64,000 bases of DNA from Moniliella sp. 'wahieum' (lineage: Eukaryota): positions 310,001 to 374,000 of the forward strand of contig RSEE01000017.1 in assembly GCA_003971905.1 (NCBI GenBank), in the 5' to 3' direction. Below are positions 49,751 through 63,128 of the stretch, piece by piece; the first letter of the stretch is position 1, and the number at the start of each line of letters is the position of its first letter. The position numbers were made by a program, and so were the translations under genes. The notes below the pieces were generated by a model. That model was not told the origin of the DNA. It saw only the letters and a program-made list of their open reading frames with translations, and searched no databases.

Positions 49751-50809
49751 GAATGGAGGCCTTTCTTGATTGGAGGGTGACCGGTGACCGGTGACCGATG
49801 ACCGATGGTGCCGATAAGATACGCGCTGTAATCGATAAGATAAACCACAATGCCAACGTTTAGTGAATATTCAAAGAACTTTTGCCAATGAACATACTCC
49901 AAGGACAGCAGTGAGTTGGTGCTCTGTTCACGGGTTCCGTAATGCCGTAATGCATAGTGGTTCAAAAAACGATTATATAGTCACAAGTTCGCAACAATTG
50001 TCCCTCTCAGCGCCTCAGCACTGACTCACATTTACATCTTAGCAAAAGGGTTTGGCACTCATTTGTTTGCACGGGACCCTTGTGCTATCGGACCTTATGC
50101 ACCAGCATTTTTCCCGGCCCAGCTTAAACTATACACGAGCAATGATTAAGAAATTGAGATCTGAGAGGCACTGAGCGCACTGAGTACTGAGCGCGCTGAG
50201 AGCCCCTACTGTGAGACACACACTTTGATTATGCATCGAGGGAGTGGAAAACTAAAAATACAAACAAGCGCGCCTACAAGGGAATAGCGGCACACCCCGC
50301 TTTCGCGGTGATCGCGATTCCGAATATCTGTGCTGATCGGAGCTGGGCTTGCGCTTATCGATTATCGATTATCGTTCGAACCCCTCTCGTCCTAGATTAT
50401 GCGACGGCTGGACAAAAGTTAGTGCGGCATATTGCTGAAGAATGATTAATGATATACGGGGCGCGCTTACAATGCGATGGTCGTTCCTGGGCTTTCTGCT
50501 GCCCACATGTGTGCCGCCTCTGTTGCACAATATTCACTCGCATTCGAGGTGCAAACCCGCAGTGCACGGTCCACTGCATTGACGCGCGAGACCGTTGATA
50601 CCAGCCGCCAAATGTGACGGAAAAGGAGACCTCCTCAACATGTGTTACCTCCCCATCCCCCCCCCACGACATCGATATGTCCTCACAATCTATGTCCTGT
50701 GCCCCAACTGGACCTGTTTGGGGCTGACGTGTCCGTGACACTATTTAAGCGGCGATCATGGGCATACCAAACCATTCCTCCAACGCCACCATCTCAAGCA
50801 CTCAGGTAC

Positions 50810-52033
50810 ATGTCCAAGAACACCAATAACGCAAACCTCGTTCCAGAAGGAGACCCCGTCTTCGACGCGGCAGCGCACCTGGCCTATTCCCCCCCGAAGA
50901 GCAGCTTGTCGATGGAAGACCTGGGCTTAGGCACGATCAAGTCGGCAAGTAAGATGGGCGTCACGGATCCATTTCCTCTGGCGTCACTGGAGGGTGTGCG
51001 CGCCTTGCGACAGGCCATTCTTCAGCCCAGGGTGCTCAACAACCATCTCTTCTTTGCCGAGTGGACGGGAAATACCGGCATGCTCCGTGGCATGGCCCCT
51101 GATGCTTCCAAGTTCATCCACGAGTTTTGGACGAATCCTAGCACCCTGCAAGCAATTGAGGACGCTGTGGGCGAGGCCCTAGTTCCTGTATTTGACTACG
51201 AGGTGAGTCTGACCCCCCCTTTCGGTTGTACTAGAACGTGACATCTGACATTGAAGAAGATTGCCCATTGCAACATCCAAATCCCCAATGGCGAGGACCG
51301 ACGGGGATATATCGACGGTCTCGCCGCTGATCCTTTTTGAGGACGACAAAAACCCCTCCCAATGTGTCTGATTCCACTCCAACCCTTGAGAAAGAGGCCG
51401 ATTGCGATCAGCCAAAGGCTGTGATACCCTACCATGTTGATGGGTACCCTTGGGTCTGTGTGCTGATGCTCTCGGATGTGGCCGGCATGGAAGGAGGTGA
51501 GACGGAAATCAAAAAGGGGGATGGAAGTACGATTAGGGTGTTGGGCCCAGAAATTGGACATGCTGTGCTCATGCAGGGCGGATCCATCGAGCATTGCGCG
51601 CTGCCAGCTCTCAACCCAGACGGCAGAGAAAGGTGACAATGATTACCTCCTCCCTCCGGCCGGTACGCCCAAGTTCACAAGAGCGTGCGGTGCTCCACAG
51701 GTCCGAACTCTTAGCAACAACCACGACCTCTACGACCAATTTACCATCTCACGCCTCGGACTCATCCGGGAGATTTTGAATGTGTACGAAGCCAAGCTTT
51801 CGGAGCGTCGAAAGGTGATCCGGTCAACTTATGGGATCCAAGGGGGGCTCAAGGCACCCACTGTTGACCTGGAGGAACTACTGTTGGTACAGCAGACAAT
51901 CAACCAAGTGGTTTCCTCCGCCATTGAACAGATGGGCATGTCCAATCGGGATCCTGAAGATGGACTTTGGACCCCTAAAGTGCATTCGTTCCCTTATTCG
52001 GATACATCTGCTACCATTCAGCCTATCTTCTAG
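50810..52033 (+). CDS. Fungal 2-oxoglutarate/Fe(II) dioxygenase-domain protein
   Basis: GVTDPFPLAS.EGVRALR; HxD motif YHVDGYPWVCVLMLSD...GGET; distal His (MQGGSIEH); ER.TMITS; intron ~51203-51258. Confidence 0.8.
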
Positions 52034-53106
52034 GTTCCACTTTTTCCTTGTGTGAACAGCACTTCCTTTTACTTCCGTGTGGATAACCTTGTTCATCATT
52101 TTCGCTCCACTTTCTTCAATTACATCATGGAATAGATCCCTTGTTTATACACACAGCTTTACATTGTTGAGGACGCTACGCTGTTTTGCATTATATAGCG
52201 GTATGTTGAGTATCGAGTTCATGTGTAGACACAATTGTCGTGCATAGCCCCAACACACATCAAGATGCAACCGTCGAGGCAAGGCGGAATCGATCCGGGG
52301 CGCCACTCTTTCATTACTAGACACATCCCTCTCAACAACAAGGTGTAGTGGCACGATAATGCTTGAAGAATTGCGGCAGATGCTCAAAATGAGGTACTGA
52401 TAGCCAATATCTATACAGAGCACATCTGACGGACTTTAATAATGAAGTCCCCCTTCCTCTCAGCGTGCTGATTTTGGTCGTTGCTTGTCAAATGGGGGAC
52501 TCCCTCGATTCCCCCCTCATGGAGAAGATAGTAGAGTCATTCAAACTGAGGGGTAGTGTATATGCCCTTTAAAACACTTAGCAATGGAGTGTAGAATGAT
52601 ACTCTCTTTCGTCCTCATCCTCTTTAGACTGCTGGACTCTGGCCTATGTCCTCATCCCCTTAATATTAGGCGAACTTTTGCTAGAAGCGCCAAGACTCTC
52701 TACTGTTTTTTATGAACCCTCCCACAGTACTCATCTCCAGAACACACATTTCCTTCTGTAGCATTACTTTTCCCTCACGTCTGTGAGGAAATGTGACATG
52801 AAGTAAAGGGAAGTAGATGGATTGGATACATCTATGGACGGAATGACGGTCCAAGTTGCGTAATAGTGGAATTCGACGGCTTCGAGCTGCCCCCAAGAAC
52901 AAAAGCCATGTGCATGCTCATGCGGCCGCCTGTTCCAGCAAAAGTGAAATTGAGAAATTTAAATGACATCGCGGGGGCGTTGCACCGATTCTTTTTTGCA
53001 CATCTGGCTTCAGGCCCGGCCAGCCGGCCCCACCCCGTCCCCCTGGGCCCCTTTCTTTTACTCCATCCAACTCCTTCCACCTTACAGATTCAGCTTCCCT
53101 GACCGC

Positions 53107-54537
53107 ATGGTAAAACCAGGAAAACGTTCCGCCTCTCCATCTGTCTCCCAGGAGAAGAGCAAGCGTACTCGTATCGAGGCTACTCGGGGCTCCGACGCAG
53201 AGTACTCCGATACGGAGGAGATCCAGGGTCAAGTTCCTCTTGACCGCTTGGAGCGCAATGTGGTACGCACACCCTCACCCATGCCCACATTTCCTTCTTC
53301 GCGCTTAGTAGGCTGACATCAGGATGAGAACGTTATGGTGCGCCGCGTGCGCTCGGATCTAAAAGCAGCCCGAAAGGGCGAAGTGTTACGTGCGATCAAG
53401 CGGCTCCAGGCGGCCAAGGACTCGGCCTCGACCACCGGAGGGAAGGATATTGCCCTCCTTACCAAAGAACTGGATGCGCGACGAAACACGTGCCACTTGA
53501 CCTCTTGGCTCAGAGAGTGGTGGGAAGGAAACTGATTCGCGCTCGTTTGCTGCCGAAGCTCAAGCACATTCAAACCCAAGGGGGAGATTACCCCCTTGCG
53601 GGAACCACGTTGGTGACTGGCGGAGGACTGCGTGCATCCCTGGAGGAAGCAGGGGAAATGGAGGAGCGTGTATGAGCGTATCACATCCGCCAAAACAGTG
53701 GCTGCGACTGCTACGATGGGCGTGGACAAACTGAAGAGTCTCTTGGACAAGGGGACAGAGAGGGCACCCTCCCCTCCACCCCAGGAGAACAAGAACGAAG
53801 GCAATAAAGACAAGGGCAAGGAAAAGGAAAACCTGCGGCAGCAGAGGCAGAGTTGCCATCTGAATCTGAAGGATCCGGGGACGAGGAAATAGGTATACCT
53901 GAGTTTGGTACGGAGTGGATGCCCTCGTCGGATCCGGCTCTGAAGGGGAGGAAGAGGAGGATGCAGGCCCCCTCCCCGAGTCCGACTATGAGGGGGAATA
54001 TCAGAAGGACGAAGAGCAAAGACCTCTCCATCCGCTGGGCCATTCGGAAGAAGAAACATCCGATACAGAATCTGGGGATGATGATGACGTTTCCGACAAC
54101 TCATCCGAGGGGGGTCTCCCATCCTTGGCCGCAGGCTACGTGGACCGCGGCATGCGGTTGTCGGGTTCTGGGGACGTTTCGGACTACAGCGAGACGGATG
54201 AGGAGGTGGATGCACCGATACGCAAAAACCGAATGGGCCAACGGCGCGTCGAGCGCTGTGGGAAAAGAAGTACGGACGGGGCGCAAACAACGTTCAGTCG
54301 GAAGCGCGTAAGCGCCAGGAGCAACGGGCTGCGCGAGCACGTGGGCGCACAGCCCCCTGGGAACCAGCTCCAACGACACACCACTGGGCCCTCGGTCTAA
54401 CGGGCCAACCAAGCCGGAGGCGAAAGGGAAAAACCCAAGCCGAAGGACGACAAGCTGTGCATCCTTCCTGGGTGGCCAAGCAACAGCAAAGAAAAGGCTG
54501 AGGCCAAGCCACAGGGCAAGAAGGTCGTATTGATTAA
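53107..54537 (+). CDS. BUD22: Bud22 ribosome biogenesis protein (SRFBP1 family), frameshifted
   Basis: Hallmark RKNRMGQR-ARRALWEKKYGRGANNV read across a frameshift (~54220-54295); C-terminal HPSWVAK...PQGKKVV; acidic middle; intron ~53272-53322. Confidence 0.85.
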
Positions 54538-55430
54538 TACACTCGAATTCCCACCTCTGGAGACAGTGTTCGCACTCGAGTCCATTGTAGCTAAGGTTTA
54601 GTTACTTTATATGGCACCTGCGTATTGGTGTGCAATTGATGACGATACCTTTGGGGCTGTACATATGAAAGTGCATACTAGAGGACTATAGTCCTTCGTC
54701 CGCGCGCTGGATCAAGCGGTGATGTACCCACATTTCCACGCACAAAAAGATGATGAATCGTTTTTGGCGCGACAGTCGGACTGAGAGCTAACATTGACAC
54801 TTCTCTTTTTGGTCCCGCATCCTGTATCTCTGTCGATGCGGGAGAGTCTCATGGAATGTAACTAACCACAAAGAGTTGAGAGCGAAACAGACAGAAAGAT
54901 GGTTGTTGTGAGCCATGCCTGCGGTAAAGGCGCTGGGAACAATGGATGCACCCGGCTGTAGTTGTCGAGCCCCACAAAAGTATATATTGTGAGTGGGAGA
55001 AGAGAGTGAAGAGCGTTACGCGTTTTGTTGAAGGGTTGAAGCTGCTGATGATGAGAGTGGCCAGTGTGTGAGGTACCCAAATCACTGACGCCGCACGGCT
55101 GGAGCTGAGGTAAGCCAACCGAGGAGACGCGCGGAGCTGTTTAGGGTTAGTCGGGCGAAGTGCGGCTTCTGTTCGGTGCAACCCTGCAACGCGACGGTAC
55201 CATTGCGCGCATTGGGGGGCGCTGATTAGGTAACCGGAGCCCCATCGCCGCCCCCATCGCACTGCGTCGCATCCCGCCCGCCCGCACTGCACCGCATCGC
55301 CGCGCCGCTGCTTTGGGCGCTGGGCGCCTAGATTACTGACTACTCCTAGCTGTGGCTGCGCCCGCCGCCACCACCACCCCTGGCGCTCGTCTCCATCGGT
55401 CGCTGCGCCACCACCTTCTCTTCGCCCCCC

Positions 55431-58400
55431 ATGGCCGCCCTCCCCCTCCCCTCCGCCGACGCCGCGCCGCCACAGCCACACTGGGAGGCTGCCGCCCCTT
55501 CCCTCTCCGGCTTCGACTTCTCTGCCCCACTCCAAGCGCTCGACGAGCCCCCGCTGCCCAGCAGCGCCAGTGCCGGTAGCGTGTCCGAGTCCGGCGCCTC
55601 GACCACCGATACTGGAGAATCGACGGACGATGGCGATGCGCTCTCCCGCCCCAGCGACGGTACTAGCCAGAGCCCGCCATGGGCGGGTTTGCCTGCCCCA
55701 CCTGTGGCCACCGCTTCCGGCGCAAGAACGGGCTCAGCCGCACATGCGCTCCCACACGGGCGAGAAACCATTCGCATGCACGCTGTGCAAGTTCCGCTCC
55801 ACCCGCACCGACAGCCTCCAACGGCACATGAAGCTTCATACCCAATCCGACACCCACAACCCGCAGCACCCCGGCTGGATGTACCCTGCCTACTCCGTCG
55901 AGCCGCCGCGCGGGTTTGACGCTTCCCACCCACGCGCTACGGATACAGTACCCACCCCTATGCGGCTGGGCGCGAGATGCGTCCAGCTCACGGCTACATC
56001 TCTGCTCGGGCCTTCCCCGACCCGCCCTTGCTCGACACACGTATGACGACTTCTTCGCCCCCGCTCGGCTACCGCCCATGGAGACTGTCGTCCCTGGCGT
56101 GCCTGCGCCTCTGCCGCAAGAGCCGCTGGGCCTCGGAATGTCCCCAATGGAGCCGGGAAGCAACATGTCTTCCATCCTGCGACCCTCGCGGGGCCTTACG
56201 CCCATCCGAATGCTTCCACATCTTCTTTCGCCGGCAGCTCTACCAGCCTGCACAGCTCTATCAGTCTGCACGGGCAGTCCCACCCCGACATCGCCACTTC
56301 CTCAGCCGCAACGTGGACCAGCCCCGTTCCGTCGGTGGCACAGCACCCGTCTCCCTCGCCTTGCTCTCTCAGTCTTCTTACCCTTTTGAGGGTAGCACTT
56401 TGCTCCAACCGCACCCATCGCACCATCGCAACCATCGCAACCATCGCAACCATCGCACCACCGCGCCGTTTGGCATGCCCAACAACAAGACAAGGGTGCC
56501 AGTCCCTTAATCATCCCCCCGCCTTCGTCCGGCTCCTTCTCTGCTCCCGGCTTTGCACCGGCTGCCCGCAGATACAAGTCACTGAAGGCTTCCCCACATC
56601 TCCCGATTTCGACTTTGGCCGGCTGTTTGGCGCAACGTTGGCGGACGAGTCGGCACTTGGGTTTGATGCCTACATTGCCCAAGCTGCCAGCCTTTTTTCA
56701 CCAATCAAGCCTGCCAGCATGGAGGAGCAGCAACAGGGATCACTGAATGCTCTGCTTGGCGGCCTGGGCGGCGAAGCACTCGACACAGGCTTTGCCTCCC
56801 ATTGGCTTTGCCTCCCGATTCGGCCGATGCCCCTGCTCCGGCGGCCATTCCTGCCTCCAATCGGCATTTGTCCCAATTTGTGCTCAACTTTAATCGCCAC
56901 ATGCCTTCATCCATGTACCAACCATCCCGCAACTCTTCAGTGACATTCTCGACCATCAGGGCAAGGTAAGCTTTCGATTGAAGCGAAGCAGATCGACTGC
57001 CTCAAGCCGTGCACCGAGGACGTATTGCGGCCATGGCCATTGTGGGCGCGTCATACGATGGGATGGCCCCTTCGGGCGGCAGCTTTGTACCCATCCCCTC
57101 CTCGCTGGAGGGCACGGAGATGGATGCGACCCCGCTGCTCGTCGACTGGTATGGGGCCAACGAGCTGAAGAACAAGCTCTTGGCTGACTTTGCGGCGGAC
57201 AACCCACCTTCCACTGTGAGGGCGACGTTTGCGCCCGCTGGCGGGCCCGACTCGCTCTTTAAGGTTTTGGAAGAACCCACACTGCTCCGTCGTGCGCAGG
57301 CTTTGATGCTGCTTCAGTTTGTCAGCCTTTTTAGTCAGTCGCGCGCACACCAGAACCACGCGCGTTTGCTGCATGGTGCCTTGATCACGATTGGGCGCGA
57401 ACTGCTGACGGAGACGGTGCAGCGGCAAGCGCTGGAACGCAAGTTGACCCATCAACATGAACTCAGCGAGTATGAAAAATGGCGGCAATGGTCCCGGCGG
57501 ATGGAACGCAAACGCACCATTTGGGCTATTGCCGTGTGTGATCAACTGCAATCGGTGCTCTTCCGTCTTCCTCCCTTTCTTCAGGCGAATGAGCTGGACT
57601 CGGTCGATCTTTCTGACTTGGGCAGCACCGAGATGTGGGAAGCGCCGTCGGCGGAAGCATGGACTGTCCTCCCTGCTCCGACACCGCCAACAGGCAAAGC
57701 GTCGATCCAGTCGGTGCTGACTATGCTGCTGGACCCTATGGCGGATATGGCACCGATGGCGCAGTTGGGGCCGTGTGGGTACTTTGTTACCGCGCTCTGC
57801 CTGATGAGCCAAACGACGAGACATTGCGCCAAGACACGGAGGCCCGAAAGCGTCTTCGGCAGTCGGCCGGCTTGGGTCCCGACGCGCCTGACGCGTCCGA
57901 GGCAGTAAGGCTGCAACGTGCTCAAACTGCCTTAGAAGGTCTTGGGGCCGGAGAAAAGGCGGCGCTGATCAAAGAAGCGAACGAGACGGACCGGGCTCTA
58001 TCTCAGGCCGTCGGACAAATCGAAACGGCCCTAGCACGGTGGCGGGAACATGCCCGGGTCCCCGTCCCGGCCGCGGGCGATGGCACTGCGGCTTGGCCCG
58101 AAGAAAGCGTTGCCATCTCCTGTGCTACGGTGCATCTCATGGCGCAACTGCGGAGCCGGTGTCAATCGGAGGACAACTGGACCGAATCTCCCGAACCGTC
58201 GTTGGTCCACTTGTTGGCCACCGCACCTCAGTCCCGGGCTACGCCCGACGAGACGGAATCTCTCTTGGTTCAGGTCCGGAGGGCCCTCCGTTCCCCGACC
58301 CGACGGCCGCGTTGGTCTTGCTCGGTGTTGGGGTACCTCTCCGCCACGCCTTGGCCCCCACCCTCCCTGCTGGCCTGAAGGAGCCAAATGTGGAACCCAC

Positions 58401-58440
58401 CTCGTTCCGTGGATTTTTCCCTCGCTTACAGTAACTGGAA
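55431..58440 (+). CDS. C2H2 zinc-finger transcription factor with fungal TF middle homology region; 3' end uncertain
   Basis: CPTCGHRFRRKNGLS.HMRSHTGEKPFACTLCKFRSTRTDSLQRHMKLH; WRQWSRRMERKRTIWAI...MWEAPSAEAW. Confidence 0.8.
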
Positions 58441-58634
58441 CTCTTTGTCCCCTCCCACCCTCCTTCCCAAGCTGCGGGCCCGCTTCTCCCTCTACCCTTC
58501 GCTGGCCCAGCTTCCCCCCCCCCTCCCCTCCCTCCGCCCCCGTTGCCGCACACACACTGCTTCTCCTCGTACCTACTACCTGCCTTTCCTTTCGCTCTCA
58601 TAATCAAATTCCATTCCTCCTCGATCCTTAGATC

Positions 58635-61600
58635 TCATGTGCGCGTATACTGCGGCGGTGGCGTCACAGTTGCGTCGTTAGCCGGGGCTGAGTGGCCCTG
58701 TTCGTGCTGGCGCTGGTACTGCTCGACATCAGCCCGTGCACGCTCAAACAACCGCCGCTTCTCTCGTCCTTGGGCACTTGCTCTTGGTGGGCAGCCGCAG
58801 AAGTCGGTGCGAGACCAGGAGCTCCAGGAACGGGAGCGCCGCTACTGCTAGACCCACTGGCCCCACCCATGCCAGGATGGTAGCGTTGCTGGTACTGCTG
58901 CACGTCTGCCTGTGCTTGCTCAAACAAGCGCCGCTTCTCCTCGTCCTTGGGCACTGCTCTTGGTGGGCAGCCGCAGAAGTCGGTGCGAGACCAGGAGCTC
59001 CAGGAACGGGGGCGCTGCTACTGCTAGACCCACTGGCCCCACTCATGCCAGGATGGTAGCGTTGGTGGTACTGCTGCACGTCTGCCTGTGCTTGCTCAAA
59101 CAAGCGCCGCTTTCCTCGTCTTTAGGAACCTGCTCTGCCGGCGCCGATGCTAGCCCAGGCGTGCCAGGGGTGGGAACGCCCACGTTCCCGGGCCGAGGAG
59201 CGTTGCCAACAACAGTCGGCGGAGGCGAACCGTATCGGGCACCTGGCTCGTTGGTCCAGTTGATGTGCCTGCGCTTGGCCCGGCTGCGGGACCAGCCTGC
59301 GTGCCCGGCCGCCCAAAGATGAGTAATACCACTTCGCATACGCAGGGTCCGACGGCTGCAAGCCCGGCGGCACTTGCGGTACAGCTTGCGAAGTGGGCAC
59401 AGGCGTTGACGCTGTCTGGACTGGCATAGCTGCCACTGCACTAGGTGTGGCGCCAGATCCGGATCCCGACACAGCGGGGCTCGCTCCAGCTCCAGCTCCG
59501 GAGCCTGAGCCCGAGCCTGAGCCCGAGCCCGAAGCCGCCGCTCCGGTCACAGTAGGAAGAGGACCGACATTGGCGGCGTACCACTCGGCGTAGGCCGGGT
59601 CGTTGGGACTCAGACCAGGAGGGGGTTGAGCAACAGCGAGTGGTGCGCCCTTGGGCTGTCCTGCTGCTGCCATACCCAAACCCGGAGCAGCGGCAGCGCC
59701 CGGCACAACAGCCCCAGCACCAAGGAGCGGCGCAACGTTAGATGCATACCACTCGGCGTAGGCTGGGTCGCTTGGGCTCAGCCCTGGTGGCGGCTGAGGA
59801 TGGAAGTAGGGTAAGAAGTGCTCCCCGTTCGTTGATGGGCACTGACCGATGCCGACTGAGCTGGTGCTGCCCCAAGAGAGGGAGAATAGTGGAATTGTAC
59901 CAGTCGGCGTACCCTGGGTCCGCGGGGGTCAGCCCGGGAGGAGGGGACGGGTAGCGTGTATAACCCGGCCCAGCCACTTGCGCTTGCGCTTGAGCTGGCG
60001 CTGGAGTCGCGGCAACAGCAGCGGCAGTAGAGGTGGCTCTGCCCCAAGTTTTCTGTGCCGACGCATAATTGATGGCTTGCTGGTGCAGTGGGGTTGCTGC
60101 GGTTGCAGCAATCGTGGCGGCGGCCGTAGCCTTAGTAGTGGCAACAGTATCAGAAGGACTCGGGTCCTCCTTGCGTGTTCTTATCCATCGCCTCACGGAA
60201 CAGTGTCTCGGTTGTGTCAAACGTCTGTTTGAGAGCTCGCATGGTGGCCAGGCGCGTTTCGTGTACATTGATCACGTCCACCAGGGTGATCCAGGCCGTA
60301 GACGAGGCAGCAACAAACATGCTGCGCAACTCCTCATCATCTCTGCGATTGTACGACCGTGGGCTAGGCGGGTTGCGCACCGGTCCAGCAGCGCGTACAT
60401 CGTTGGTGCCATCGCTCTACATCCATCTCCATACGCGCAGTGGCAAGCAGAGAGTCAAACGTGACCCCATCGAGGGCTTGACATAATTCTTGGGGAAAAT
60501 CCCGATCTTGCCCTTGGACTCGCCGCGCCACCAATGTTCGAACTGTGCCTCGAGCACCGTGATCACATCGCCCCGCTTTAGAGGCAATTCCCCCTCGTCT
60601 GACGGCACCAGATCATGAATCGCCTGCACCCGACGAGGAGGGGGCCGACAACCATACCCGCAATGTTCTTGGGGCCCAGCCGGGACCATCGGCGGTGCAT
60701 CAGGGTCAGGAGCTTGCTCAATGGTGTCCTTCCTGGCTGTCGCAGGAACAGAAGCACCGCTACGGCGCTGGCGGCAGCCGCTGGGCCGCTAGACCGCGTG
60801 GAAGGACAGCTGCGTGAGCAGAAACGGGGACGGGGCAGGAATAGGATCAGTATCCGGTCCTTCGATGGCACTGTCCCATGTCTATCGCTCCCTGCTGGGC
60901 TGGTCGGACGCGCGGGGGTGCAGGCGCCGGGGCCCAACCGGGAGGCGGAACCGGGACCCGGGCGTGCAGCGGTTGGAACAGGAGGGGCGGGGGAGGCACA
61001 CGCGGGGGAAGCGCAGGCGGTGGTGGAGGCGGAGGTGGAGGCGGCCTGGAGGCACCTGGTGGCATGATGGGTTGGAGGAGGCACCGAATGAGCGATGGTT
61101 TGCGGCGGAGGCGGGGGAACACCAAGCGCTTGCCGCAAGTCATCGGGCACGTTGGGTTCCCAACGTCTGTCCAGCATCTTTAAGAGACATCTCGAGTGCC
61201 TTACGCAGGTCCTCATCTTCCTTCCGCAACTCCTCGATCGACTGCTCCGGCGGGGGTGCCTCACGTGATACCGCGCCAAACCCCCGGCGACGGTGGCCCG
61301 AACGGCTTCCATGGCGTGTGCATGGTATCTGCTTCGGCGGAGGCTGACTGTTCAAGAGTGGTGTACCAGCCTTCGATGAGCTCAAGGACGCGGGTGCGGT
61401 AGGCCTGCGACGTGTGCCGATAAGTGGCGGATTGCACGAGCGCTTCGCAAAAGATGGGACTGGCCAGCGCTTCGAGCGCATGCGCCTCGGGCCAGAGTTC
61501 TCTCCAATGCCATGGCGACGCTGAGCGCAGTGCTGCGGACGTTGTGGGTCGCGGTGGAGGAGACGGGGCGCAAGTGCTTCGATGGCCGCGCGGGCGCCCG

Positions 61601-61726
61601 GTGGGCCATCCCGCAGACGCGATCGCTAACGGCAATGTTCAGCTCCCAGTTCTCGGTGCCATGGAGGTCTTCGCTGGTGGCGGCATTGATCAGGGTTTCA
61701 TACGCCGAGGGCTGTACCAACGCCAT
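58635..61726 (-). CDS. HSE1: ESCRT-0 subunit Hse1/STAM (VHS-UIM-SH3-GAT) with long repetitive tail
   Basis: VHS (LINAATSEDL..ENWELNIAVSDRV), UIM (EDEDLRKALEMSLKD), SH3 (VQAIHDL...GELPLKRGDVITVLE...HWWRGE..GKIGIFPKNYV), GAT-like DDEELRSMF, terminal PPPQY. Confidence 0.85.
58705..59130 (-). repeat. ~177-bp coding tandem repeat x~2.5 in the HSE1 tail
   Basis: GCAGCCGCAGAAGTCGGTGCGAGACC at 58791 and 58967; encodes PKDEEKRRLFEQAQADVQQYQQRY units. Confidence 0.9.
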
Positions 61727-63128
61727 TTGGGCACGTGAGCGTGGGCGTGGGCGTGGGCAGGAGGGGGTGGTGGAGGCAAGTTCAGGGGGTGGCGTGTCTG
61801 TCTGCCTGCCTCCGCAGCCAGGCGGCCGGGAGCAGCGCCCCATCGAACACCGGCACTGGCCGGCTAGGGTTAGCCCCCGCTGCGCCGCCGCGCAGCCGCC
61901 GCTGCTCCACACAATCGCCCTGTGCCACGTGACGTACGCCAGTCGCCTGCAGCTGGTCACCTGACCTGGCCAGTCATCCTGTCATCGATACACTCAGCAC
62001 CCATCGCTGAGACCATCGCCATAATCAATGGCCTTTGGCATGTGGCTTGTTATCGCCGACACCAACATAACATGGGAAACATGGGGCCAAAACACCCCAC
62101 CACCCCCCGTGTCCCAGGTTGCTCATAGCGACGCCTGCCCAGCTGAATACTGGTATCCTGATCGGCCTGTGATCAGCCACAAATATGCCCCAGGCCTATA
62201 TTTTGAGTACTGTGGGCATTCGGCTACTCGGAGTACTGGTGCCTGAGGGTGCCTGAGTATACTACAATGGACAAGACCGGGATGAGGTTGTCCCTCAGAT
62301 ATTAGACTTCAAGCAGGGGGCTCTGGGAGGTCTTACGCCCGGGCTGCATTCGTGGTTCCCGTGCTTATTAGGCACTCACCAGCCGCTGAAGAGGGCTCAG
62401 GCTGACCGGGCTGATAATGATCGTCAGGCCGGCGTCAGGCACGTCAGGCCTCGGGCTGAGGCTACTTGACCTCAAGCTTCAAGCTTCAAGATCCATGTAC
62501 ATTTACATTGAAGCTCTGGGACGCCCACTACAGCCACATTACTTGCCTCATTCGCGTCACTAACGGTTTTGTGCTGTGCACGTGTGCATTGTACCGAGTA
62601 ACGGCGAGGCTATCGCCATATCGATCTTCTCCTGTCCAGATTTTACTGCGCTTTTGACCGTTATGTCTCCAGGGTTTGTAGCACCCATCGAGACTACTGC
62701 GGCCTGGACCTGGGCACCTGTTAGGGGACTGAGCCTCAGTAACTGAAGCGCTGAAGCGCTGAAGCTCTCGAAGCTTGAAATCAGTGAACATCAGATCTCC
62801 GAGCAGTGCATGTGGGCATTCCTCTCGTAGGCGTGACACGTGACATGTCTAATGTGACACATGCGAGAGGCTTAAGAAGTGAAACAAGAGGCGTTCTCTC
62901 GCATACGCGAACGTGCCGCCTGCTTGATTAACCCGATTCCACATGGTTCGCTCCTCAGCGCAGAAGGCCCGGATGTGAATCTGTAGGCATCCCTCAGGCC
63001 TCGCATAGGCGCGATGATGGGATTTACGATCTGCCCCCCCACCAAGTTCCTTATAAAAACAAGCATGTCGCCTTCCCTTCCTCTCCTTTTCCCCCATCCA
63101 CCTCTCTCTTCTCTCGCCCGTCTGCATC

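Noticed and set aside
53107..54537. Functional link between BUD22 (a Ty1 host factor in yeast) and the neighbouring retroelements
   Set aside because: Proximity alone; there is no sequence evidence of linkage.
50810..58440. Secondary-metabolite cluster (dioxygenase plus transcription factor)
   Set aside because: No backbone synthase is present and housekeeping BUD22 lies between the two genes.
62460..62860. Possible MITE suggested by CTTCAAGCTTCAAG / CTGAAGCGCTGAAG inverted-like words
   Set aside because: No clean terminal inverted repeats, TSD or second copy in the window.
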